Origin: an uncultured delta proteobacterium
GTDB lineage: Bacteria; Myxococcota; Myxococcia; Myxococcales; Myxococcaceae
Assembly (NCBI GenBank): GCA_963713045.1
Contig: CAVQKE010000001.1
Location: 544,001-608,000, forward strand
Length of the DNA stretch: 64,000 nucleotides
Direction of reading: 5' to 3'
Shown piece after piece: positions 17,947-27,392 of this stretch; the first letter of the stretch is position 1; the number at the start of each line of letters is the position of its first letter. Under the pieces are notes generated by a model, which was given only the letters and a program-made list of their open reading frames with translations, had not been told where the DNA came from and ran no database searches. The translations under genes and the position numbers were made by a program.

Positions 17947-20900
17947 TTGCCGCGCTCCTCACCGTGGTCTTCGCCGCGGGACCAAGCGGCCCCGCCCTAC
18001 TGACCCCGCTCGACAAAAGCGTCAATCCGGTGGTCACCAAGGTCCGGGAAAAGCAAGAGAACATCGACAAGCTCAAGCGCGACATCTTCAAGGTGGACCG
18101 CTCCATCATCGAAACCGAGCGGTTGATTGCACGGAGCCGCACCGCCACCTACCTCCCCGACCTCCAGTTCCGGCTCGCCGAACTGTATGTCGAGAAAAGC
18201 CGCTACGTGTACTACCTCCAGGCCGAACAGCGAGCTGAAGGTGTGACCGGAGCGATGGTCAGCCCCGAGACGCGTCTTCTGAAACAAAAGGCGGTGCAGC
18301 TCTACTACCGGCTTCAGCGGGAGTACCCGGACTTCCACGACGGGGACAAGGTCACGTTTTATCTCGCGCACGAGCAGCGCGAGCTCGGTCAGTTCGACGA
18401 CATGCTGGCCACGCTGCGTTCGCTCATCGACAAGTACCCGAAGAGCGAGCTGCGGCTGGAGTCGGAGCAGATTCTCGGCGACTACTGGTTCGACAAGGCA
18501 AACCTCGATGAAGCCGAGCGCCACTACCAGGCCATTCTTCAGTTTCCGCCCTCACCGGTGCATGACTTGGCCCGTTACAAAATGGGGTGGATTCGCGTCA
18601 ACCAACAGCGCTTCAACGACGCGGTCGGCTTTTTCGAGGCGGCCGCCGGCAGCCCGCCGATTCCCGGCGTCGACTCGGCCAAATCCCTCAACGTGAAGCG
18701 CGAGGCGCTGCTCGACCTGGTCTACAGCTACACCGAGGCACGCCCGGCCAAGGGCGCCCTGCCCTACTTCGAGAAATTGTCCGACAGCCGATCGACCTAC
18801 GCGCTCGCCTTGGACAAGTTGGGGAACCGCTACTTCATTAAGCAGCAGTATGAGTGGGCCATTCCCACGCTCCGCAAGCTGATGGAAATTCAGCCTGACC
18901 CAGAGCTGGACATGGAGCGGGCCGAGAAGGTGTACGACTCGCTCCGCGCTGCCAAGGGCAGAGTTCCTACCACCCAGGCCGACATCAAGTTTTTGGTACG
19001 GGCCGCAGTCAACGTGAAGGTGGATCCCTTCAAAGACGAGATTGTTCGCCGCAAACAGCTGGCCGAGCTCGAGGAGATTACCCGCGACCTGGCGACGCAG
19101 CTGCAGTCTCTGGCCCAGAAAACCAACACCCGCGAGGCTTACCTGGACGCGGCGGCGGCGTACAAAGAGTACCTGTCTCTGTTCCGGCCGGAAAAGTACG
19201 TGCGTGACATCATGCACAACCGTGCGGATGCGCTCTTTGCCGCTCGGGCCTTCCCGGAGGCCGCGCGTCAGTTTGAGGAGTTGGGGCACTACGAGGAGCG
19301 GGCCAAAAACACCAAGGGCATGGAGGCCTCCGCCTACGGTGCGCTCCTCAGCTCCTTCTCCGCCCTCAAACCGGGAGAAGTCGAGCAAATCTCGGCCTTC
19401 GAAGTGGCCGACGCTCGCCAGGCGCTCAAGATTGATGGCGCCGCCTTCATCAGCAAGTACCCGCGCAACCCCAACGTGGTGACGCTCAAGTTCAACATCG
19501 CTCGCGCCTATTACGACGATGGAGAATTCGAAAGATCGAGCCAACTGTTCACCGCCTTCGCGCTCGAATACCCGGACAACAAGGACGCACCGGCGGCCGG
19601 GAAGTTGGCGCTGGACGGCCTGCGGCAACTCAACGACTTCAAGGGCATCGAGGAAACGGCCCGGAAGTTCCTTGCCAATGCGCGCCTGCCGGCGACCTTC
19701 CTGGCCGACGTCCGGAGGACCCTGAGCGAGAGCAAGGGCGAGGCCCTGGGCGAGCTCGCGCTGCAGAGCTCTGCAGAGACCGGTGACGTGGTGGAAGGCC
19801 TGCTCAAAGTCGCCGCGGAGAACAAAACCAACGACATCGGCGAGAAGGCTTTGTACGGCGCCTTCAGCGCGGCGCGCGAGAAGCGCGACTTCGCGAAGGA
19901 GCGAGAAATCGGCGCCAAATTCATGGCCGACTACCCGAAGAGCAGCTTCGTTCCGGACGTTGCCAACACGCTCGGTCGGGCCGCCGCAGAAGCAGGCCGC
20001 TTCACCGAAGCGGCGCAATGGTACGAGCAGGTGGGGGCGCGCATGGGAACCGACCCAGCGGCTTTCGAGGGCTGGATGTCTGCCGGTCGGCTTCGCGAGG
20101 CGCTGCACGACTACCCAGGCGCCATCAAGGACTTCAGCGCGGCGGCGGCCTTGCCGAGCAACCGGCGCGCCGACGCCTATGGCGCCCTGGCGCAAGTCAA
20201 ACTGCGGGCCAATGACCTCGCCGGGGCAAAGGCGGCGGCGGAGGCCGCACTCAAGCTGGACAAGAGCCAGCCGCTGGCAGCCTCGGTGTACGCCGAAGCC
20301 GCCTCCAAGCTTGGCGGAGAGAGGCCCGACGTCGTGGCTCGGGTGTTGGCGACGGTGGTCAACTCGCCCAACGGCCAGGGGGAGGAGACGGCCCGGGGCC
20401 TTTGGTACCTGGGAGAAATGCTGTACCGCAACTTCAAGGCTATCCCGCCCGACCAAATTGACCAAAAGGTGGCCGCCCTGCAGCAGCTGCAGGGGGTTTA
20501 CAACCAGGCGGCGTCAATGGGCTCGGCCGAGTGGGCCGTTGCCTCTCTCTGGAAGCTCGGACTGGCCTTGAAGTCGCTTGCCGAGACGGTGGAGGCGACG
20601 CCGGTGCCGGCCGGCGCGAGCGCCGCGCAGGCCCAGCAGTTCCGGAGCACGGTGCAGCAGCAGGTGCAACCCATCAAGGACCAGTCGGACGAGGCCTTCA
20701 AGACCTGTCTTGCCCGGGCCACACAGCTTGAAGTCTTCAGCGAAGCCGTCCTTGGCTGCAGGACGAAGAGCGACTCCGTGCGCTCGCCGCTTCCCACGCC
20801 GGGTCCACCTGCGGCGCTGGCCAACAACGTTGCCGAGTTGCAAAAGCAGGCCGAGGCGAAGCAGGACGCCCCATCGATGGAGGCGCTCGGCATGGCCTAC

Positions 20901-21212
20901 CTTGACGCCCGTCAGATGGGACAGGCGCAGCTGATTCTCTCGCGAGCGACGGAGCTGCAGGAAACCCGCGCCTCGGCGCAAAACGCGCTGGGGATTGCGC
21001 TCCTCTACCAAGGTGAGCCGATGCTGGCCCGGGCTGCCTACGGCAAGGCGCTCGAGGCCGACCCTGGGTATGACAAGGCCCACGCCAACCTCGCGGCGCT
21101 CCACTGTCGGTATGGAGACGTGGACGGCGCTCGCAAGGAGCTGGCTCAAATCAAAGACCCGGCAAGCGTCCGCGGCGTCGACGTCGACCCTGACTGGAGG
21201 GCTTGCAAGTGA
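17943..21212 (+). CDS. GltD/AgmU-like large TPR protein with extra C-terminal TPRs
   Basis: GTGA overlap; PDLQFRLAELYVEK; YKMGW; EWAVASLWKLG...PIKDQSDEAFKTC GltD-type C-terminal signature. Confidence 0.8.
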   Translation: MIAALLTVVFAAGPSGPALLTPLDKSVNPVVTKVREKQENIDKLKRDIFKVDRSIIETERLIARSRTATYLPDLQFRLAELYVEKSRYVYYLQAEQRAEGVTGAMVSPETRLLKQKAVQLYYRLQREYPDFHDGDKVTFYLAHEQRELGQFDDMLATLRSLIDKYPKSELRLESEQILGDYWFDKANLDEAERHYQAILQFPPSPVHDLARYKMGWIRVNQQRFNDAVGFFEAAAGSPPIPGVDSAKSLNVKREALLDLVYSYTEARPAKGALPYFEKLSDSRSTYALALDKLGNRYFIKQQYEWAIPTLRKLMEIQPDPELDMERAEKVYDSLRAAKGRVPTTQADIKFLVRAAVNVKVDPFKDEIVRRKQLAELEEITRDLATQLQSLAQKTNTREAYLDAAAAYKEYLSLFRPEKYVRDIMHNRADALFAARAFPEAARQFEELGHYEERAKNTKGMEASAYGALLSSFSALKPGEVEQISAFEVADARQALKIDGAAFISKYPRNPNVVTLKFNIARAYYDDGEFERSSQLFTAFALEYPDNKDAPAAGKLALDGLRQLNDFKGIEETARKFLANARLPATFLADVRRTLSESKGEALGELALQSSAETGDVVEGLLKVAAENKTNDIGEKALYGAFSAAREKRDFAKEREIGAKFMADYPKSSFVPDVANTLGRAAAEAGRFTEAAQWYEQVGARMGTDPAAFEGWMSAGRLREALHDYPGAIKDFSAAAALPSNRRADAYGALAQVKLRANDLAGAKAAAEAALKLDKSQPLAASVYAEAASKLGGERPDVVARVLATVVNSPNGQGEETARGLWYLGEMLYRNFKAIPPDQIDQKVAALQQLQGVYNQAASMGSAEWAVASLWKLGLALKSLAETVEATPVPAGASAAQAQQFRSTVQQQVQPIKDQSDEAFKTCLARATQLEVFSEAVLGCRTKSDSVRSPLPTPGPPAALANNVAELQKQAEAKQDAPSMEALGMAYLDARQMGQAQLILSRATELQETRASAQNALGIALLYQGEPMLARAAYGKALEADPGYDKAHANLAALHCRYGDVDGARKELAQIKDPASVRGVDVDPDWRACK

Positions 21213-21712
21213 GGTGGCTCGGGTTGGCGAGCTCTGCCGTGGTGCTGCTCTGCTGCGGACCGCAGCAAGTCCAAGGCAGCCTGAGTTCTCTTCTCAACCT
21301 TCAGTACAACGAGGTGCACCTCGGCTACACCGGCGGTTCGGTCGACGGCGGCGTCATGACCAATGGCCAGGTCGCGGTCTCCTTTCTGGAGATGTCGGGA
21401 AAGAACGTCAACGCAGTGTTGGTTGTGACCGAGGACTTGACCGGTTTGCTTGTCGAGCCGGGTGGCTCGGTGAACCTGGCGCAAGTCCCACCTTCCGGCG
21501 TCGGTCAGCGCGGTGTGGTGACGCGCGATGTGGCCAATGACCCCGTCACCACCTTCCCGGCGTTGCAACGCGGGGCGATGACGCTCAACTCCACCCCGAT
21601 TCCCGGATCCGGACATTCAATCGGCGGGAGCTTTTACGTCACTTTCGAGAACTGCCCTCAGTTCGCCTGTGGCTTCACGGCTTTCGGTTCCTTCACCGCG
21701 CAGGTGCAATGA
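21209..21712 (+). CDS. Uncharacterised lipoprotein, paralogue of 12190-12702
   Basis: GTGA overlap; signal ending LLCC; C-terminus GSFYVTF...GFTAFGSFTA. Confidence 0.75.
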   Translation: MRWLGLASSAVVLLCCGPQQVQGSLSSLLNLQYNEVHLGYTGGSVDGGVMTNGQVAVSFLEMSGKNVNAVLVVTEDLTGLLVEPGGSVNLAQVPPSGVGQRGVVTRDVANDPVTTFPALQRGAMTLNSTPIPGSGHSIGGSFYVTFENCPQFACGFTAFGSFTAQVQ

Positions 21713-21713
21713 A

Positions 21714-22364
21714 ATGAAACGTCCACCGAGACTGCCGCTTCTTCTCGGGCTGCTGACCGTCGGCGCCGCGTGCGGCGGGCACTACAACACCAAGGTTCCG
21801 GACGACATGGTGCGCCAGCTTCCGTACGAGAACAAAATTGACCTGCTGGAGGCCGAGAATGACCTCTTCATCGCTTACGACAAGGTCGACGAGACCGAGA
21901 ACGAAGTTACGCGGACTCGCGACCAGATTCGCCGTGCCAAGCGCGCCGAGGGCATCGCCAGCGACGAGGTAGGGCAGTCGAAAGACCCGGCCACCCGGGA
22001 AATCGCACAGCTGACGGTGGAAGAAGTCCGTGCGCGCATCGACTACCTTCGAGCCCGTCAGACGCTCAACCTCCAGGCGGTCGAAGTCGAGGAGGTCGCC
22101 CGGCAATGTGCCGTCGCCCGCTACCAGCTGGCGCGTCTCCTCGCGGTTCGAAAGGCCAAGGTGAAGGGAAGCGAAGGTTACAAGCCAGAGGATTTCGAAC
22201 GTCAGGTGAAGGCCTGCGACGCGGAGGTTGCTGACCGAAAGAAAAGCCTCAAGCCCGACCAAGAGTCACTGACCAAGACCCGGACCGAATGGGAGAAGCG
22301 CAAAGAGGTGCTGGCCAAACGCACCTTCGATGCCCGGGCCAGTCCCTTCGTGGAGCGTCTCTAA
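21714..22364 (+). CDS. Coiled-coil lipoprotein, uncharacterised
   Basis: ATG21714; lipobox GAAC; charged heptad-like helical sequence. Confidence 0.8.
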   Translation: MKRPPRLPLLLGLLTVGAACGGHYNTKVPDDMVRQLPYENKIDLLEAENDLFIAYDKVDETENEVTRTRDQIRRAKRAEGIASDEVGQSKDPATREIAQLTVEEVRARIDYLRARQTLNLQAVEVEEVARQCAVARYQLARLLAVRKAKVKGSEGYKPEDFERQVKACDAEVADRKKSLKPDQESLTKTRTEWEKRKEVLAKRTFDARASPFVERL

Positions 22365-24283
22365 TGTCCGTCTGGCTGCTGGCGCTCTCGCTGCTTGCGG
22401 CTGACCCCGACCCGGAGCAGGCCGAACTTCGCAAGGCCATCCAAGAGGAGAGCGCACGGGTGGAGGTCGCGCCGGACGATGCCGAGGCGCTCCAACGCCT
22501 CGGGCTCGCCTTCCTTGCCCTCGGCGAACCGGAAAAGGCGGTGGGGCCTTTCCGCGAGTTGGTGCGGCGGCGAGATGGGCCCACTGCGCGCCTCCTCCTC
22601 TCGCGGGCGCTCCGCCTCTCCGGAGAGGGCACCGAGGCCCGCACCGTCTTGGTGGCAGCCATCGCCGCCTTCCCCGGGGACGCCTCGCTGCATGCCGAGC
22701 GCGGCCTGATGGCGCGGCGCTTCGACGAGACCGACATCGCAATTGCCGAATATGGACGAGCGGTCGAACTGCAGCCGCAGGACGCCGCGCTGCGCTTCAA
22801 TCTCGCCGAGGCACAGCACCACGCTGGACGATTGGACGAGGCCATCGAGGGCTACCGCCGAGCACTGTCGATGGACCCCACCCTTGGCGCTGCCCAGGTC
22901 AACCTCGGCAAGGCCCTGGCGGAGAAAGGCCTCACCGCCGAAGCCAAGGACACTCTGCTTGCAGCCGCGCGGACTGGGGTCGCCGACCCAGCCGTCCACT
23001 ACAACCTCGGCGTTGTCTTGATGAAGGAGGGCAACATCGACGGCGCAATCGCCTCTTTCGAGCGCGCCCTGACGCTGAACCCCAGCTATGTCCAGGCCAA
23101 CAACAACCTTGGGGTGGCCCTGATGGATGGCAAGGACGACGTCGCCCGGGCCACCAAGCATTTTCAGGCGGCCACCCAAGGCGACCCCGGCTATGCCGAC
23201 GCCTGGTTCAACCTGGGGCTGGCCCAGTTCCGAGCGGGGGACAACCTGCACGCCACCAAGTCCTTTGAGCGGGCGCTGTCGCTCCAGCCGAAGGCGAGCG
23301 GCCCCTACACCCAGTTGGGGCAGCTGTATTTGAAGATGGGGAAGCGAAAAGAGGCGGTGGAGGCATTCCAGAAGGCCATCGCTCTGCGAGCGGACGACCC
23401 GAAAGCCTCGCGCAGTGCCGAAGCCTTCAAGGGACTGGCCTTGGCTTACGTCGGGCAGGGGAAATTCGCCCAGGCCGTCGAGACGCTGCAGCGGGCGGTC
23501 CACGAATTTCCCGACGACGCCGGCACCCGCGCTGCGCTGGCCGATGCCTACCTCGCGATGGGCGACCTCGACCAGGCCATCATCGAAGCAGAGAAACGCG
23601 TCGCGCTTTCGCCGACTGTCGACGCGAGGCTCGACTTAGCGGCCCTTTACGCCAAGAAGCGCGTCGCCGCCAAGGCCGAGCCCCTCTTCAAATCGGTGCT
23701 GACCGACGCGCCCGATGATCTCGCGGCCATCATCGGCTTGGCCGACCTGTACCTCGCGATGGGAAACTGGCAGGCCGCCGAATCCCTTCTCTCGGCGGCG
23801 AAGGAGAAGCGCCCCGACGACACCTCCATCCTCTCGCGGCTCGGCATCCTCCATGCCCGGAAAGGGCGGCCGGACCTGGCACTCCCGGAACTCGAGGCGC
23901 TGGTGCGCCGAGACCCAACGCAACTCGAAGCGAAGGCCGAGCTGGGCTTCCTGTATTTTAGAGGCGGGGACCCGGAAGCCGCGGCCAAAGTCTTGCGCGC
24001 GGTGCTGGCTGCGGATCCTCGGCAGCCCTATGGGCTGCTCTACCTCGGCCACGTCCTCTATGAAGAGCGCCAGCCGACCAGGGCCGAGGAGTCGTTTAAG
24101 GCGGCGGCCCAGTCGGACCCGGGTGCCGCCGAGCCTCACTACGCGCTCGGCCAACTCTACGAGGCGCAAGGGAAGAAGAAGGACGCTTTGGCCGAGTACC
24201 AGCGGGCGGCCAGCCTCCAGAAGGACCATCCCTACGCCGCCGAAGCAGCGAAGCGCGTCGCCTCGCAGACTGCCACCCCATAA
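22364..24283 (+). CDS. Exported multi-TPR protein
   Basis: TAATG coupling; short hydrophobic N-terminus; many TPR units (AVHYNLGVVL, ANNNLGVAL, AWFNLGLAQF, PHYALGQLY). Confidence 0.9.
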   Translation: MSVWLLALSLLAADPDPEQAELRKAIQEESARVEVAPDDAEALQRLGLAFLALGEPEKAVGPFRELVRRRDGPTARLLLSRALRLSGEGTEARTVLVAAIAAFPGDASLHAERGLMARRFDETDIAIAEYGRAVELQPQDAALRFNLAEAQHHAGRLDEAIEGYRRALSMDPTLGAAQVNLGKALAEKGLTAEAKDTLLAAARTGVADPAVHYNLGVVLMKEGNIDGAIASFERALTLNPSYVQANNNLGVALMDGKDDVARATKHFQAATQGDPGYADAWFNLGLAQFRAGDNLHATKSFERALSLQPKASGPYTQLGQLYLKMGKRKEAVEAFQKAIALRADDPKASRSAEAFKGLALAYVGQGKFAQAVETLQRAVHEFPDDAGTRAALADAYLAMGDLDQAIIEAEKRVALSPTVDARLDLAALYAKKRVAAKAEPLFKSVLTDAPDDLAAIIGLADLYLAMGNWQAAESLLSAAKEKRPDDTSILSRLGILHARKGRPDLALPELEALVRRDPTQLEAKAELGFLYFRGGDPEAAAKVLRAVLAADPRQPYGLLYLGHVLYEERQPTRAEESFKAAAQSDPGAAEPHYALGQLYEAQGKKKDALAEYQRAASLQKDHPYAAEAAKRVASQTATP

Positions 24284-24375
24284 GCTGGCGTCGTGCGTTG
24301 CGACGTGGGAGGCGCCGCGCTCTAGGGTTCAACCCGCAAACGCCCTTCTCCCCAATGGAAGTTGCCGGCCTCGCC

Positions 24376-25413
24376 TTAGCGGCGACCGGCGTGCGCAGAG
24401 GAGCCGCTTCTTTCGGCCACCGCGTTTGGGTGACTGCTGGCAGTCACTGCGTGCCAGCTCGTCACGTCGGCAGCGTGGAAGAAGGAGGTCTCGCTGCCCG
24501 AGGTCGAAGCTGCCAGGCGTGCCGGCGCGGAGAAGGGCACGCCAGGCGCGACCGGAGTGTACTCACCACGCGGCTGCGGGTGTGTCCCGGTCGACGGGGG
24601 CGCCTGACTCGGTGGGGGCGGCGGGTGGGCGGACGGTGCCGACTGACGGAGCGCCGCATTGCGCAAGACGTTTCCCGAGTAGCCACGCGGCGGCTGGAGC
24701 TGAATGGCCGCGATGTGCCCCGGCGCGGGCGGCATAAGACTACCAGAAACGTGCTGGACGGGCTGAACGCTGGCGCGCTCCACCTGCGCAACTGCCGGCC
24801 CGGCATACCAGCGCGCCCCGCCGTAGGCGACTGCCTGGTGCACTGGAGCGGTGGCGGCATAGGCGTAGTGGATGCTCTCCACCGGAAGGCGGTGCGCCCA
24901 GAAGTTTCCCGAAAAGTGCGCTGTCGGGACGAAGCACCAGTAGGGGCGCCACGGCTGCACCACAACCACCCAACCAATCGGAGGCAGCGGCGCCCAGCCG
25001 ATGTAGCCACCGCCCATGCGCCAGTCCACCCAGGCGGGCGCCCAGACGGTGCCCGGAATCCAAATCCACCCGAGAGTGGCGTCCATGGCCCAACGCCCGT
25101 AGTGAAAGGGTGCCCAGCCCCAGCTGTAGTCACTCTGGAAGTACCACCCATAATCCGTCGACAGCCATTGGCCATTGGTGGCGTAGGGCTGGAAGTCGTC
25201 GCCGACGACGTTGGCCGAGGGCCGCCAAGCCCGGGTCCCGTCGGCCTCGAGCCACTCCCCATAGGGTGCGAGCGTTTCATCAAAGCTCGCCTGGACTTCG
25301 CTGTCGGGAGGGGGGATGGCAGTCCAGTCCTGGGCCAGAGCCCCCGTGCTGATAAGGCTCCCGGCCATCCAAAAAACACCAATAAATCCGACTAGTTGTC
25401 TCTTAACAACCAT
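24376..25413 (-). CDS. DUF6600-family exported Trp-rich protein with Pro-rich tail
   Basis: Signal peptide; LAPYGEW...FQPYATNGQW...WGWAPFHYGRW...WIPGTVWAPAWVDWR...GWAPLPP. Confidence 0.85.
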   Translation of the reverse strand: MVVKRQLVGFIGVFWMAGSLISTGALAQDWTAIPPPDSEVQASFDETLAPYGEWLEADGTRAWRPSANVVGDDFQPYATNGQWLSTDYGWYFQSDYSWGWAPFHYGRWAMDATLGWIWIPGTVWAPAWVDWRMGGGYIGWAPLPPIGWVVVVQPWRPYWCFVPTAHFSGNFWAHRLPVESIHYAYAATAPVHQAVAYGGARWYAGPAVAQVERASVQPVQHVSGSLMPPAPGHIAAIQLQPPRGYSGNVLRNAALRQSAPSAHPPPPPSQAPPSTGTHPQPRGEYTPVAPGVPFSAPARLAASTSGSETSFFHAADVTSWHAVTASSHPNAVAERSGSSAHAGRR

Positions 25414-25551
25414 GTTTGGCGCGCCACCTTCTCATCGCCGTCGGTGGCACAGTCATGCCGGCCGAACCCCGAGCCAACATCCGACGTGAACTCGCGCCCG
25501 AATGTTCACACCCCGCCCCCCCCGCGGGAAAAACAGGCCCCGACCGGCCCC

Positions 25552-27390
25552 TCATTCAAAGGGGATGTATTCCAGGTAGAGGGTGGAGTTGCCGGGGTTG
25601 CGGGTATCCACCACCCAGCCACGTCCAAGCCCGTCCACCACCACCTGAATCGCGAAGTTGAAGACAGGGTCCGAGGCGGTGCCGATTTGGGTAATTTCAC
25701 GCCAGCCTCCATCCGCGGTGTAGCGGCCGCCCTTCACCACCAAGCAGCCGAGGGGTGGGGCATAGCAACCCGGCGGCAGCACGGCGCCAGCGTCGTTGCC
25801 TTTCAACCAAGCGGCCAGTGCATTCCCGCCCGGGTCCACTGCGATGACCGGGGCGTAGACCGCAACGCTTGGGTCACTGTCGAGTGTGACCGGTGCCGAC
25901 CAGCTGTCGCTGGCACGGGTGTAGATGGCCGAGGAGATGGCATTGGCCGTCCCGCCGTCGGGCGTGTCCTGCTCTTCTTGCCAAATTGCAATGACGTTGC
26001 CGTTGGCGGCAACCCCCACGTGCGGGTCGATGGCGAGAATGGCGTCGTCCAGTTGCACCCGAGCGCTGAACGGGTTGGCGCGGGTGGGGTCGAACGTCGA
26101 GCCGAAGACGTGCGTCACGTTCGGCTGGGTCTCGGATTGCCAGACAACGGCCCCGTTGCCGGCCGTTCCATACCCCATGGCAACTTGCGGCAGCTGCGAG
26201 TCTTCACTTGAATTGGACAGCGGGACCGGCGGGGGAAAATTTGCGGTGCTTGGGAGGAAGGCCGCCAGAATTTGTCCGGCGTCCACAGTCTCCTGGGCGG
26301 AGGTCCACGCGACCAGCGCATCCCCCCCTGCGAAGTCGCTTGCCAGACTGAGCTGATGTGCCGTCCCGGCCGGGTTCGCGGGAACGTTCAGGTTGGTTTG
26401 TATGGGGAAGGAGGCTCCCCAGCCCGCGTCCGCGCGGTAATACTCCCCGTACAGCACTTTCTGGAAAATCCACACCGCCAGCCCTCGGGCGTGTTCGAAA
26501 CCGACGACTTGTGGGAATGCCGGTCGTTGGTCTGCGCCGGCGTCGGCGAGTTCAATCGCACTGCTCCAACTTTGCGAGGTGGGGTTCCAGACGGCGACCA
26601 CCGCGACAGAACTGACTGGACCGGTGGTCGTCTGGTTGGTCCAGGCTGCGAACCCCGTCCCGTCATCGGCAACCCCGACGCTCGGATTGCTGGCCTGAAG
26701 GCCCACCACGTCCTGAAGGGTGGAGTTGGCCGTGGGATGGGCCCCAGAGGCCGAAACCCCAGCCCCGACGCCAAAGTCAGCCGTCGTTCCGGAGATGTAG
26801 AGGGTGACTTCGGTGATGACGTCTCCGAAGTAGTTGTCCGCGAGACTGAAGAGGCCCGTCTGCGTGGCGTAGCGGAGGCTTCCGCCCGAGGTGAAGACGC
26901 CGTCCCGCGTCGAGAAAGTGCTGCCGAACGGCAGCAACGGGCGCCCTTGCAAGTCCACGATGCCGGCATCCAAGAAGACGGTGTAGTCCGTCCCCAGGGC
27001 GAGTCCTCCGGCGAGCGGGACAAACGTGGCCTGGGAGACCCCGCCATCCACCGTCACCAGGTAGCCGCCCGGGACCACGAAGCCCTGTCCCACCAGGCTG
27101 AAGTTGTCGCTGACGCCTGAATCGGCAATGACCTCGGAGAATGTTGCGACGACGTCGGCGTTTAAGGGGACCACGTCCGTTGCCTGGTTCGCCGGCTGGA
27201 TTTGCGTGACCGTCGGCCCGGCATAAAGGAAGCAAACCTTCAGGGTGGGGTCGCACACCGCCGAGGGGTTGACCGCCTGGCAATCCGAGTCCGTCGAGCA
27301 ATTGGTACCGAAGCCGTTGCACGCTGCGAGGGCGAGGGCCGCAGAGGCAACGCCGGCAGCCAGACCCCAAAGCCGCTTGGAAGAGGTCAT
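25552..27390 (-). CDS. Lipoprotein: Cys-rich N-terminal module, Ig-like (Big_5/SbsA-like) domain, repeated beta-strand units
   Basis: Lipobox LAAC; CSTDSDC...C...C; PTVTQIQPANQATDV...VATFSE...FSTRD; repeated PxVxxxxxGxxxAxW units. Confidence 0.8.
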   Translation of the reverse strand: MTSSKRLWGLAAGVASAALALAACNGFGTNCSTDSDCQAVNPSAVCDPTLKVCFLYAGPTVTQIQPANQATDVVPLNADVVATFSEVIADSGVSDNFSLVGQGFVVPGGYLVTVDGGVSQATFVPLAGGLALGTDYTVFLDAGIVDLQGRPLLPFGSTFSTRDGVFTSGGSLRYATQTGLFSLADNYFGDVITEVTLYISGTTADFGVGAGVSASGAHPTANSTLQDVVGLQASNPSVGVADDGTGFAAWTNQTTTGPVSSVAVVAVWNPTSQSWSSAIELADAGADQRPAFPQVVGFEHARGLAVWIFQKVLYGEYYRADAGWGASFPIQTNLNVPANPAGTAHQLSLASDFAGGDALVAWTSAQETVDAGQILAAFLPSTANFPPPVPLSNSSEDSQLPQVAMGYGTAGNGAVVWQSETQPNVTHVFGSTFDPTRANPFSARVQLDDAILAIDPHVGVAANGNVIAIWQEEQDTPDGGTANAISSAIYTRASDSWSAPVTLDSDPSVAVYAPVIAVDPGGNALAAWLKGNDAGAVLPPGCYAPPLGCLVVKGGRYTADGGWREITQIGTASDPVFNFAIQVVVDGLGRGWVVDTRNPGNSTLYLEYIPFE

Positions 27391-27392
27391 GG

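Noticed and set aside
18552..20465. Long antisense ORFs (also 33121-34830, 40923-42935, 60505-61944 and others)
   Set aside because: They mirror well-supported genes on the other strand and have no recognisable motifs.
12840..21212. The canonical gliding-motility glt locus
   Set aside because: Gene order and content differ (no GltI/J/K or separate GltE, single barrel), so gene symbols were withheld and it is treated as a paralogue.
25444..25460. Sigma-54-like TGGCAC...TGC
   Set aside because: GG-to-GC spacing is one base short on both strands.
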